The position numbers were made by a program, and so were the translations under genes. A stretch of 62,384 nt of DNA, counting the filler. It is 5 parts of 5 records of this genome, joined end to end, with 100 filler letters (N's around TTAATTAATTAA, not from the genome) between each part and the next. Parts side by side here need not be neighbours in the genome. Positions count along the whole stretch, not along the records: positions 1 to 14,462 come from SRR31147125_17046; 4 more parts are not named here. The stretch is one strand, 5' to 3'. Within the stretch, counting starts at the first letter, position 1. The number at the start of each line of letters is the position of its first letter. The notes beneath the pieces were generated by a model. The model saw nothing but the letters and a program-made list of their open reading frames with translations, was not told the DNA's origin and did no database searches. This document shows, one piece after another, positions 1 through 10,297 of this stretch.

Positions 1-62
1 TTTTTTAACATAACTGCCCTCTTCCCCATATTCATATAAATGATGAATCTCTAAAAATTTAC

Positions 63-497
63 TCAACTCATCTGCCATTGATCAATTAAGTCCTTTGTCT
101 CTAGTGCATTTAATATAGCAAGTACTAAAATCTTTTTACTACTTGTATGTGTTTCATCAAACGCAATATTTACCGACTGCAATAAAATGATTTCTTCAGT
201 TATAATTTCTACTTCTTCATTAAAAAATAAACTATGTCTATTGATCAATATATCATCAATTCGATGATTTTCAATAGTCACAAATACTTCTACAGACATT
301 GGAAATATTTCGTAATTTCCACTATAGGTACCATCTGTCATTTCTGATAAATCATCATTTAGATCATATGATTCAAAAGTCATTTGATTAAGTGCATCAA
401 AATCAACACTTGATTTAACAAAAACAATAAATAATCCAAAGATGAGCAGTAGCCCTACAACAGATACTATTGATAAATAAATGTGTTTATTTCCCAT
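63..497 (-). CDS. Membrane-anchored FMN-binding-like domain protein
   Basis: N-terminal TM helix; DGTYSGNY..VEVFVTIENHRIDDILI..SSK..LAILNAL resembles the FMN_bind domain, but the canonical D..SGAT flavinylation motif is degenerate. Confidence 0.55.
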   Translation of the reverse strand: MGNKHIYLSIVSVVGLLLIFGLFIVFVKSSVDFDALNQMTFESYDLNDDLSEMTDGTYSGNYEIFPMSVEVFVTIENHRIDDILINRHSLFFNEEVEIITEEIILLQSVNIAFDETHTSSKKILVLAILNALETKDLIDQWQMS

Positions 498-618
498 AAA
501 ATACCTCGTAAGATTATTTTATCATATTTCATGAAAAGAATAAACTTTTTACTTTGACATTGCACCACATTTATTCTATACTTACTTATGAGTTAAATTA
601 TTGTAAAGGGGACATCAC

Positions 619-2022
619 ATGCAAAAATTTGAAAAATATTTATCAAGTCATTGGCATATCTTTACAGTCTTTATTTTTGCATTAATCATATGGACTATCA
701 AAGATCCCAATCAAAATGAAACAACCTTTGGTTTAATCAATATGATAGGTATTTTTGTCATTATCTTATCTATAACAATTATATTGTCATTATATCGAAA
801 TACATTATATACGATCCCCTTATATTTATCACTGATATTTGTTGTTAATAATTCACAAATGACATTTAACACACTTAACCAATTAGGTTTTCCATATGTG
901 GTGGTTGCACTTGTGGTTCTTGGCCCTATCATCCACATCATAAGATTTAGACCGTCCTTTAAAATAAGGAAATTAACACTGGGATTATTTTTAATCACAC
1001 TTGCTTATATGATTTCTTATTTAATGGGACCACTCAATTTAAAAGGCCTTGCCGTGTCTGGTATATCTATCTTATATTTCTTACTTTATGTATTTTTTTC
1101 AAATACAACAAAAGGAGATATCAATTATTTGTTTAAAATATTGTTATCTATTAATTTATTGTTATCAGCGCAATTAGGCATAAAAATATATGAAGGATTA
1201 ATGGCGCATACTGATTTATCAATTCTTGATAATTTTACGCAAGGCTCTAGTCACTCCTGGTATTCTAATTTTGGATGGGCAAATATTAATGATATGAATT
1301 TCTATATTGCACTTACATTACCAAGTATCGGTTATTTTATTTTTAAACATCCTAAAAATATTATTTTTTGGTTGTTATTACTTATACCTTCATCTGTGAT
1401 TATCTTATCAGGCTCTAGAGGTGGTGCCATTGGCTATTTATTAAGCCTCATGGGATTATTGCTTATTGTATTATGGCGTGGTAAACAACGCCATTATATT
1501 CATGCATTCATACTATTGGTATTAGTTCTAGGTATTGCATATCTATCACAAGATGTACTCATTAAGATATATGAGACATTTATCGCAAGTCTCCAAAGAG
1601 AATCGGTAAATAGTGTATCTAGTAGCCGTATATACATCTACGATCAAGGACTTCTTCAATTTAGGTCATCACCTATATTTGGTAAGGGTTGGTTATCAGT
1701 TGATAATATTGGATTCACTGGTCGTATCTTTATGTATCACTCAACGATAATACAAGTACTTGCAACCATGGGATTATTTGGATTATTTGCACTACTTGTT
1801 CACTATTATCAAATATTTAATGTTTTATATGATCATTTCACATTAGAAAAACAACTTATATTTATAGGATATATTGCAACTCAACTTCACGGTCTACTTG
1901 ATAATGTACAATTCTCTGTGCCTTATTCACTGATCATTGTTATGATTTTCCCTATTATTGAAACAGCTAAAAAACAAACAGTATTTAAAAAAGAAAAGCG
2001 TAAATACACATTTGATGTTTAA
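619..2022 (+). CDS. O-antigen ligase/Wzy_C-like polytopic membrane protein
   Basis: 467 aa, many TM helices; motifs SGSRGG, SSSRIYIY..GL..F..SPIFGKGW, YHSTIIQVLATMGLFG. Confidence 0.75.
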   Translation: MQKFEKYLSSHWHIFTVFIFALIIWTIKDPNQNETTFGLINMIGIFVIILSITIILSLYRNTLYTIPLYLSLIFVVNNSQMTFNTLNQLGFPYVVVALVVLGPIIHIIRFRPSFKIRKLTLGLFLITLAYMISYLMGPLNLKGLAVSGISILYFLLYVFFSNTTKGDINYLFKILLSINLLLSAQLGIKIYEGLMAHTDLSILDNFTQGSSHSWYSNFGWANINDMNFYIALTLPSIGYFIFKHPKNIIFWLLLLIPSSVIILSGSRGGAIGYLLSLMGLLLIVLWRGKQRHYIHAFILLVLVLGIAYLSQDVLIKIYETFIASLQRESVNSVSSSRIYIYDQGLLQFRSSPIFGKGWLSVDNIGFTGRIFMYHSTIIQVLATMGLFGLFALLVHYYQIFNVLYDHFTLEKQLIFIGYIATQLHGLLDNVQFSVPYSLIIVMIFPIIETAKKQTVFKKEKRKYTFDV

Positions 2023-2027
2023 TCACT

Positions 2028-2058
2028 AAAGAGCAAACCGTGTGGTTTGCTTTTTTTT
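2028..2058 (+). terminator. Rho-independent terminator
   Basis: AAAGAGCAAACCG-TG-TGGTTTGCTTTTTTTT directly after the stop codon. Confidence 0.8.
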
Positions 2059-2233
2059 ACATATTAATCATCATTTTTAATAAAATTAAGTAAATTTCCT
2101 GTATTTCTTTACACAAAACCTTATTATGAAAACATTTTCATAACCATTTAATGTAAATTTTCTCTAGAATACTATATAAATTTATTATTTTTGTTGTAAA
2201 ATTTACATAATATTAAAGGAAAAGGGGATTTAT

Positions 2234-3511
2234 ATGGATTTATCAATTGCAATTGACACAATGTGGGTCTTAGTCGCCACAGCACTCGTATTTTTTATGC
2301 AAGCAGGGTTTGCGATGGTTGAAACAGGTTTTACTAGAGCAAAAAATGCTGGGAATATCATTATGAAGAATTTAATGGATTTCTCTGTTGGATCAATTAT
2401 TTATTTCATATTTGGTTTTAGTATTATGTTTGGTGATAGTATCGGAGGTCTATTTGGAGAAATTCATTTATTTTCAAATGATTTATATATACATCTAGGT
2501 CTAACTATACCACTACCAGCTTTTATGATCTTTCAAACTGTGTTTGCTGCAACAGCAGCAACCATCGTATCTGGTGCGATGGCAGGCCGTACAAAGTTTG
2601 TTTCTTATTTAGTTTATAGTGTATTTATTACACTCGTCATTTATCCGGTGGTTGGTCATTGGATTTGGGGTGGCGGATGGTTATCATCTGTAGGACCTGG
2701 ATTCCATGATTTTGCAGGTTCTACTGTCGTTCATTCAGTTGGTGGATGGGCAGACTTAGTTGGCGCGATGATTCTAGGACCTAGAATTGGTAAATATAAC
2801 AAAGATGGATCAAGTAATAAAATAGGTGGCCATTCACTGACACTTGGTGCTCTTGGAGTATTTATTTTATGGTTTGGATGGTTTGGATTTAATCCTGGTT
2901 CTACTTTAGGTGTATCATCTGATGATGGTGCAAGTGCATCGCATATTTTCATGACTACAAACTTAGCTGCTGCTACTGGTGCAACCGTGACAATGATCAT
3001 CTCATGGATTAGAGATAAAAAACCATCTGTCGATGGTACATTAAATGGTGCTCTTGGAGGATTAGTTGCAATTACTGCCGGTACTGATATCGTATCATTT
3101 GCAGGAGCAATCGCCATTGGAGCTATCGCTGGTGTTGTCATCGTTTATGGTTCATCATTTATTGAAAACACATTAAAAGTTGATGATCCTGTGGGAGCTG
3201 TTGCAGTTCATGGTCTTAATGGTGCTGCTGGTACAATATTAGTTGGATTATTTGCAACTGATGGTGGTCTATTCTACGGTGGTGGATTATCACTTCTAGG
3301 TGTACAAGCACTCGGTGTCTTTAGTGTCGCTGCATGGACCATATCAACTGCTTTTGTACTTTTTAAAGCTGTAGATTTAACGATTGGATTAAGAGTTTCA
3401 GCTGAAGAGGAAGAAACCGGTCTTGACTTATTAGAACATGGTCTAGAATCTAGTTATCCAGATTTTGAATCAAAAAAGAAACCTATGCCTGCATATGATG
3501 CAAATAAATAA
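2234..3511 (+). CDS. amtB: Ammonium transporter (Amt family)
   Basis: FFMQAGFAMVETG, FHDFAGSTVVH, ILWFGWFGFNPGS, VDDPVGAVAVHG; twin His present. Confidence 0.95.
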   Translation: MDLSIAIDTMWVLVATALVFFMQAGFAMVETGFTRAKNAGNIIMKNLMDFSVGSIIYFIFGFSIMFGDSIGGLFGEIHLFSNDLYIHLGLTIPLPAFMIFQTVFAATAATIVSGAMAGRTKFVSYLVYSVFITLVIYPVVGHWIWGGGWLSSVGPGFHDFAGSTVVHSVGGWADLVGAMILGPRIGKYNKDGSSNKIGGHSLTLGALGVFILWFGWFGFNPGSTLGVSSDDGASASHIFMTTNLAAATGATVTMIISWIRDKKPSVDGTLNGALGGLVAITAGTDIVSFAGAIAIGAIAGVVIVYGSSFIENTLKVDDPVGAVAVHGLNGAAGTILVGLFATDGGLFYGGGLSLLGVQALGVFSVAAWTISTAFVLFKAVDLTIGLRVSAEEEETGLDLLEHGLESSYPDFESKKKPMPAYDANK

Positions 3512-3541
3512 GTTTCTTGTATTAAGAGATATATAAATAAC

Positions 3542-3588
3542 AAAAAGTCTTGATGATAGCATATGATGCTAACTTCAAGACTTTTTTT
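3542..3588. terminator. Bidirectional terminator between convergent amtB and amidase genes
   Basis: AAAAAGTCTTGA...TCAAGACTTTTTT inverted repeat with A/T tails on both sides. Confidence 0.75.
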
Positions 3589-3605
3589 ATATATTTTAAA
3601 TGATA

Positions 3606-6600
3606 TTACTTACTAAATAATGAACCTTGAATAATTGCGCTAAGTGTAATTGTTTGTGTTTCTTGAGATGGTGTTGTAATGGTTAAATCGTAAGTTACAA
3701 CAGTATCTACTAAAGGTATTTCAATGACACGTCCATGATCATCTAATAAATCAGAGTTTGATGTAAAACTTATTTGATAATCACTATAATTAGACATGAT
3801 GTCATATTCAGCAGCAATCATCTCATAAAAATCTTCTAGATGACCTGATGTCATCATTGTTCTTGGACATGGCTTACCAGAGAAATGATTATGTGTAACT
3901 GCTCTATCAATTGATAGATCATGTGTTAAGAGTAATGATGAAATTAATTTAGCAGATTTTTGCCAAGTTAACCAAACATCTGATCCCTTGTTTACAGCAC
4001 TTTCAATACCAATACTGTTGAGATTACCACCATGCATCGCAACTCTTCCACCATAACTTGATGTTTGATATGTTAGTGGTAAATAGTAATATCCATCATC
4101 ACCAATTACTGCACGGATACCATTTGTTACGATATCAGCAGTTGTTGCTGTAACACCATTAATAAGTGGTGCTGCGATGGTAGTAATTTCTCCCTCTATT
4201 TCATAATAACCATCATTGGATATCGAAACTAGTGGAAACATATCAGTTGCTAGTATTTCAGTTTTATAAAATGCAAATTCAACACTCGTACCATCACCTG
4301 CATGCCATCCAACCATTGTATCTTCTAATTGTTTGAAATATCCATCATTACCGACCGTATAATGCCACGCAGTTGAACTATTTGATGGATTAGTTGCCCA
4401 ATTTGAATTGGCTTGAGCAGTTGCTGAAGTCGCACTATTTGCAGTATCATGAATGACAATCCATTCAACACTTGACATGGTTTGTCCTGAATAATTACCA
4501 TTTGATGATGATATCATATTTTGTGTAATGTTTAAATCATCATTAAATAAATAACTACTGACTGATTCGCCAATCATATGATCATAATCTTTAGAACCAT
4601 CATCGCTACCAATATAAGTAATGACATCATGGTTTAGTTCACCTTTACTCATGTTAAGTAAAGCTTTTAATAATGGATCAGTTTGTTGTCCGTAAACATA
4701 TAGTTTAAGGACTTCTTGAGTCTGACTATTAAGTAATACAGTTACATCCACCATACCTTCACTCACACCAAGCATATTTCCTTGTTCAGTGATAACCAAA
4801 ATAGATTCATCGCTTGATGTATAAGATATGCTATCTTCACTACCATAAACATCAACACTAAGTGTTACACTCTCGCCAACTTCAAGTGCTTGATCATTGT
4901 TTAAATGAATATCTAGTCTTTCAATTGCTTCTACTTCTAATTCAAATGAATCAAAGATTGACATATCATTTTCACTATATACGGTAATGGTGACAAGACC
5001 AGCTTCAAGTGCTTTAATAACACCATATGCATCAACAACTGCAACACTTTCATCACTTGATTCAAAAATTAGTTTTTTATGTGTAGCATTTTCTGGTAAA
5101 TATGATACTTCTAATTGATGAGTAGCAAGTTCATCAAGCATAGTGATTTCATTCATTATGTCTAGTGATTCAATATGAATCTCTAGATTTTCTTCATATA
5201 CAGGAAGATCTTCTAGTGTTGTATAATAACTGCCAAAATCTGTAACATTTGAAAAGTGTTCTAAAACAGGTATAAAATCAGTTTCACCGGCATAAAAGTT
5301 ATATTTCACATCAGCCACACTGATTGTATCAAAGACACCAATATAATAATCTTCTGGAACAGTGACAAAATGATTATAGTTTGCATATACTTCTAGATCA
5401 TCTGCACCACGTTCTACGCGTAGTGCTGCATTTGGATAACCACTATAAATCTCATCAAATGTCACTTCATTATAGTTAAAGATTATTTTAGATTCATCTG
5501 CTAAATCATCGCTATAACGCATACGTATAGCACTTGTTCTAATATTGTTAAATACATTATGAATAAATCTTGCATCAACGCTTGTATAAGTTGTGATAAA
5601 AATAGCTGATTGCCCTGCATTGTTAAATGTATTATGATAAATAAATAAATCACCTGTAATTCCTACACTTGCTTGATTATCAAGCGCAGTACCAGTTATT
5701 CTAATAATATCTGTAAATGCGCTTGTAGAGCTTTCAAAAACATTATTTACGACATATAAACCATCAACATTTGATAATAATAAATATCTTGGTGCATGAT
5801 CATTCGTAAAATTAAATACATTATCAGTCACAATAATATCTTTTGAAATGTTTTCATCATCAGATGATGAAATTTCAATAAATCCTTGTGGTGTATATCC
5901 TGTAGCATAAGATAGGTTACTATCAACTTTATTATATTTAAATAAGAAATGTTCAATTGGACCTTGATTAGTGATTTGTGCTTCACCACTAAATGCTAAT
6001 CCACTCATTGTGATATATGATAGGCCAGATGCGAGTGTTACATTTCCAGTTAAAATTGCTTCAGACTGACGTGTATCTAAGATTGGATCTATTTCATGAT
6101 TAGGTCCTACAAACATCAAGTGATCTTTATTCATTAAAAAGTCTTCATCGTAAGTTGCGCTTACTAAATAAATCGTTGTTTGTTCTTGTGCTGCAATCAT
6201 TGCATCCGCAATGGTTGCAAATGCTGTTTGACCAACCACAAAATCCATTGATTGATACGTAATAACTTCATCATCTTGAAGTGAAGTTACGCTTGGATCA
6301 ACAAGTATTTTGTTTTCATATAGATTTACATCTAAACGATGCATCACTAAATCAATATCTTGATTCATATTTTGTTCATAGCTTGTATTACCAACGATGA
6401 TTGTTTCTAATACAGCAACATCATCAATGACTTGGCCTTGATCATCTAATATGTAATTTTGATTAAATACAGCTGCATCAAGTGTTTCGAATAAGACATA
6501 TCCAAGTGGTGCATTAAATAAGTTACCTGTGATGTTTGCATGCCAGTTTGATGTTGATGTTACATTTCTTAAATGCAATGTATTATATGTATTAATAAAA

Positions 6601-8720
6601 TCATTATTATGAATATTAATATATGTTTCTTTATCATTAAATGTTGACATCGCAATCACTGCAGAACCTGCATATGTTTCAGTTCTATCAAGCGTTGTTT
6701 CACCAATATTTTCAAATAGATTATCTTCTATATAAATATTTTGAACATTACCTGATGATGGACTATATGCTCTAAAGAGTATTGCATTATATCCACTTAA
6801 AGTATCATTTTTAAAAACATTATCTCTAATCACATAGTCACCATTATTATAGCCACCATCAAAACGTATCGCACTATTAGGGAAATTCATAAATGTGTTA
6901 TTTGTGATGACGATTGCTTTATCTACTGATGTTCTTGCTATTGATATAATATCAGAACTCATATTTTCAAATGTATTAGCATCAATGACGACATCACCAA
7001 CAACATTCGTTCCAGTTAGTGTGTAGAATCTAATAAATGATTGAACATCAACTCTATTAGATGGATAATAAGCAGATGCTTCTAGTGTTGTATCATAGAC
7101 GTGATTATTTGCAAATCCAAATTGATCGATATTACCAAGTGCAACAATAGATGCATTTTCTGTAAAATCAAGACCATCAAAACCTATTTGACTTACACCA
7201 CTATCAATAGTAATCGTTCCTGTAAGCACTGCACGATTTTCTGATAAAGAAGTAAAAGTTAATACATTTTTACTAATACTTAAATCTTCACTATGTGTAC
7301 CTTCTTCAATAAATATGATAGATCCTGCTTCAGCTGCATCAATCGCAGCTTGTAGTGAAGTATATCCTACTTCTTCGATGTATGCAACATAATCTTGACT
7401 AGCCTCTGATATATCGATTTGGTGTGTTGATTGGATATCATTAGAGGTAGTTGCAGTTATAGTTACTGTTCCTGCTTGTAATAATGAAACGATGCCATCA
7501 TTTGAAACAGATGCTATAAGTTCATCACTTGAAGACCAAGCGATATCTTGATTTGTTGTATTTGCTGGAAGAATAGTTGCAACCAATGTTAATTGGTCCC
7601 CTACTTCACCTTCAGCAAAACCATCAATTGATACAGACTCAGCTTCAATTGCTTCAACGGTAATTAATAATGTGTCAGTTTTATCATTTGAACTTGTTAC
7701 TGTTATTGTTGCTTGTCCAACTGATACAAGCGTAACTTCACCTTGATCATTTACTGATACGATTTGATCATCACTTGATGACCATGTAAGGCTTTGATCA
7801 GTTGCATTTGCTGGAAGTATTGAAACAGTTAATGCATAGATGCTCCCTACTTTATCAGTATCTGTTCCAGATATTGAAACACTTTCAACTTCTACCACTG
7901 GATCACTAATAATTATCTGATGTGTATCTGATTGATTATCAGCGGTTGCTGTAATCGTTACAGTACCAGATTTTAATAAATTAACAAGACCATTTTGATC
8001 AACAGTTGCGATTAAATCATCACTTGATGACCAAGTCACTGTTGGATTTGTTGCATCAACAGGTAGCACTGTAGCTGTTAATTGAATCGTTTCGCCAGTT
8101 AAACCAGTATCATCACCACTAATTTCTACACTTGATACATCAATCACTGGATCACTAATCGTAATCACATGTGTTGCTGATTTTGAATCAACAGTTGCTG
8201 TGATCGTAACTTCACCAGCTTTTAATAGTGATACTTTACCGCTTTGATCAACTGTCGCTAGCATCTCATCACTTGATGACCATGCTACATTTTGATCTGC
8301 TGCATTTGCAGGAAGTATCGAAGCAGTAAGTGATATGTCATCACCAACAACCCCTTCACTCAAACCTGAAATACTCATTGATTCAACATCAATAACAGCT
8401 TCAATGACATGTATTGTCAAAACTGCATCTAGTTCAACACCAGATATACTAGCTTTAACCGTAGCATCTCCTACTTTTAAACCTTTTATACTGTTATCTG
8501 TGACTTCAATGATATCATCTGGTGTTACAACCCAAGTGACATCCACAGTTTCTGATAAATCATAACCAATGCTATAAGATTCGCCAACCTCAATGGTTAT
8601 TTCATTATCATCAAAACTAAATGATGGTATGTCTTCATCGCATGAAATCAAGACAATACCTGATAAAACAATTAAAAATATAAATAGTATTTTTCTCATT
8701 TTGTTTATGTGGTAATCCAC
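3606..8720 (-). CDS. Large lipoprotein with Ig-like (Big_2) repeats, parallel beta-helix regions and a C-terminal N-acetylmuramoyl-L-alanine amidase (Amidase_2)
   Basis: Lipobox-like LISC; repeated P.NA.....WSSSD...ATVD..G.V units; Asn-rich beta-helix segments; amidase motifs WIVIHDTAN, AWHYTV, WHAGDG, NSIGIE, THNHFSGKPCP. Confidence 0.8.
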   Translation of the reverse strand: MDYHINKMRKILFIFLIVLSGIVLISCDEDIPSFSFDDNEITIEVGESYSIGYDLSETVDVTWVVTPDDIIEVTDNSIKGLKVGDATVKASISGVELDAVLTIHVIEAVIDVESMSISGLSEGVVGDDISLTASILPANAADQNVAWSSSDEMLATVDQSGKVSLLKAGEVTITATVDSKSATHVITISDPVIDVSSVEISGDDTGLTGETIQLTATVLPVDATNPTVTWSSSDDLIATVDQNGLVNLLKSGTVTITATADNQSDTHQIIISDPVVEVESVSISGTDTDKVGSIYALTVSILPANATDQSLTWSSSDDQIVSVNDQGEVTLVSVGQATITVTSSNDKTDTLLITVEAIEAESVSIDGFAEGEVGDQLTLVATILPANTTNQDIAWSSSDELIASVSNDGIVSLLQAGTVTITATTSNDIQSTHQIDISEASQDYVAYIEEVGYTSLQAAIDAAEAGSIIFIEEGTHSEDLSISKNVLTFTSLSENRAVLTGTITIDSGVSQIGFDGLDFTENASIVALGNIDQFGFANNHVYDTTLEASAYYPSNRVDVQSFIRFYTLTGTNVVGDVVIDANTFENMSSDIISIARTSVDKAIVITNNTFMNFPNSAIRFDGGYNNGDYVIRDNVFKNDTLSGYNAILFRAYSPSSGNVQNIYIEDNLFENIGETTLDRTETYAGSAVIAMSTFNDKETYINIHNNDFINTYNTLHLRNVTSTSNWHANITGNLFNAPLGYVLFETLDAAVFNQNYILDDQGQVIDDVAVLETIIVGNTSYEQNMNQDIDLVMHRLDVNLYENKILVDPSVTSLQDDEVITYQSMDFVVGQTAFATIADAMIAAQEQTTIYLVSATYDEDFLMNKDHLMFVGPNHEIDPILDTRQSEAILTGNVTLASGLSYITMSGLAFSGEAQITNQGPIEHFLFKYNKVDSNLSYATGYTPQGFIEISSSDDENISKDIIVTDNVFNFTNDHAPRYLLLSNVDGLYVVNNVFESSTSAFTDIIRITGTALDNQASVGITGDLFIYHNTFNNAGQSAIFITTYTSVDARFIHNVFNNIRTSAIRMRYSDDLADESKIIFNYNEVTFDEIYSGYPNAALRVERGADDLEVYANYNHFVTVPEDYYIGVFDTISVADVKYNFYAGETDFIPVLEHFSNVTDFGSYYTTLEDLPVYEENLEIHIESLDIMNEITMLDELATHQLEVSYLPENATHKKLIFESSDESVAVVDAYGVIKALEAGLVTITVYSENDMSIFDSFELEVEAIERLDIHLNNDQALEVGESVTLSVDVYGSEDSISYTSSDESILVITEQGNMLGVSEGMVDVTVLLNSQTQEVLKLYVYGQQTDPLLKALLNMSKGELNHDVITYIGSDDGSKDYDHMIGESVSSYLFNDDLNITQNMISSSNGNYSGQTMSSVEWIVIHDTANSATSATAQANSNWATNPSNSSTAWHYTVGNDGYFKQLEDTMVGWHAGDGTSVEFAFYKTEILATDMFPLVSISNDGYYEIEGEITTIAAPLINGVTATTADIVTNGIRAVIGDDGYYYLPLTYQTSSYGGRVAMHGGNLNSIGIESAVNKGSDVWLTWQKSAKLISSLLLTHDLSIDRAVTHNHFSGKPCPRTMMTSGHLEDFYEMIAAEYDIMSNYSDYQISFTSNSDLLDDHGRVIEIPLVDTVVTYDLTITTPSQETQTITLSAIIQGSLFSK
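7400..8400 (-). repeat. Four tandem Big_2-type coding repeats (about 82-83 aa each); outer boundaries approximate
   Basis: TCACTTGA(T/A)GACCA recurs at 7525, 7771, 8020 and 8269 (spacing 246/249/249 nt). Confidence 0.85.
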
Positions 8721-8951
8721 ACTCTCCTTTTTCTAATTTCTAATGGTAATTATACCACTAGATTTGAAAGCGTTTTACATTTGTGACATATTAGAATTGT
8801 TTTTTCATTTACTGAACAAATCAAACAATATCTGCTCATAATTACTCATTTTCAACTGATAAACATGCATGGAATTTTGAAAAAACATTTTCATTATAAT
8901 ATATATTTTCAAAAATATTGCTTTACATCTTTTAAAATACTTTTATTTCAT

Positions 8952-8978
8952 AAAAAAAAGGATGTCTAAGGACATCCT
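8952..8978 (-). terminator. Rho-independent terminator after the LacI gene
   Basis: AGGATGTC-TAAG-GACATCCT hairpin with a U-tract on the minus strand, at the stop codon. Confidence 0.75.
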
Positions 8979-9948
8979 ATTTGACTGATTCTCTTTCAAT
9001 TAAAATACATTCCATCATCACTTGATTAACTGGCGATTGTGGATTTTTAATTCTTCTAAGTAGTAACTTCGTTGCTTGATCTGCCATTTGTTTACGAGAT
9101 ATTTTCATTGTCGTAATCTTTGGTGTTGATAATCTTGAATATAAAACATCATCAAATCCAATGACACTCACTTCTTCTGGTACTTTAATACCTCTAGCTT
9201 TTAGCTTTTCGATGACTAAGTATGCTACATGATCATTATTGCATAAAAATGCTTGTGGAAGTATATCAGGTAACTCAAATTCAATGGTTGAATCATGGGC
9301 CATACGATCACTAATGATCCATTCTGGTTTTACCGTTAATTGATGCATTGTCATCGCTTTTAAAAACCCCATATATCTATCCATAATACTCATCGTCGCA
9401 TGTATATTTCCAATATAAGCAATCTCTTGATGCCCTTTATCAATTAAATAATTACCTGCAATATAACCAGCATGATAGTTATTGCTAAATATACTATCAA
9501 GTTTTAATTCATCATAATAAAAATCGACACAGATCATTGGTTTATTAAATCCTTTAACCACTTCGATATATTTTAGATCAAGTTCACCTAGTATAATAAG
9601 TCCATGATATTTTGATGGATCAAATCGCATATTTAAATGTTCTTCATCATCTTTTTTAACACTAATTAATGATAATTGAATGTTTTTAACATTCGCATTT
9701 TCATCAAGTCTTTTATATACTGTATTATAAAACATTTCTTGTTTCGATAAGAATTGCTCTGATAAAAGTACAGCAACTTCATACTTTTCTAATTTCTTAT
9801 AGGTGTATCCTAATTCTTGTGCGACAAGCAAAACTTTTTGTTTCATGTCTTCAGAGACATCAGATGTATTTTTAAAACATTTTGATATCGTCATTTTTGA
9901 TACATTGAGTTTATCTGCAATATCTTGCATCGTTACTTTTTTAGCCAT
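8977..9948 (-). CDS. LacI-family transcriptional regulator
   Basis: N-terminal HTH VTMQDIADKLNVSKMTIS; C-terminal VPEEVSVIGFDD. Confidence 0.92.
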   Translation of the reverse strand: MAKKVTMQDIADKLNVSKMTISKCFKNTSDVSEDMKQKVLLVAQELGYTYKKLEKYEVAVLLSEQFLSKQEMFYNTVYKRLDENANVKNIQLSLISVKKDDEEHLNMRFDPSKYHGLIILGELDLKYIEVVKGFNKPMICVDFYYDELKLDSIFSNNYHAGYIAGNYLIDKGHQEIAYIGNIHATMSIMDRYMGFLKAMTMHQLTVKPEWIISDRMAHDSTIEFELPDILPQAFLCNNDHVAYLVIEKLKARGIKVPEEVSVIGFDDVLYSRLSTPKITTMKISRKQMADQATKLLLRRIKNPQSPVNQVMMECILIERESVK

Positions 9949-9958
9949 AACTATTCCC

Positions 9959-10258
9959 CTATTGTCTTAGTAAAAATATATAAGTTGCTACAAATATTAA
10001 CACATTGGTTAGCATAACATAAAATGTGATGCTAACAATGATTTTTTTAGCTTTTGCTAATGCACTTCTTAAGTGATACATCATAAAATTAATCATAAAA
10101 CTCACAATAATTAACACAAATGATAAATAATACATAAAATAATCAATCAATTGATTTGATTGACTGATATAGTCATTCATTGAAAAAAAGACTATGATAT
10201 TTATTAATTGTAAAACAAACGCACCTAATGCGATAGAAAAGATCACTTTATTTGTCAT
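9959..10258 (-). CDS. Small membrane protein (3 TM)
   Basis: 99-aa hydrophobic ORF in line with the operon. Confidence 0.6.
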   Translation of the reverse strand: MTNKVIFSIALGAFVLQLINIIVFFSMNDYISQSNQLIDYFMYYLSFVLIIVSFMINFMMYHLRSALAKAKKIIVSITFYVMLTNVLIFVATYIFLLRQ

Positions 10259-10297
10259 ATTTATATTATATCGTAAAGTTACAAAATTGTAAATTTG

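Noticed and set aside
2150-2210. GlnR/TnrA box upstream of amtB
   Set aside because: TGTAAAATTTACA is palindromic but does not fit TGTNA-N7-TNACA spacing, and chance matches are likely in such AT-rich DNA
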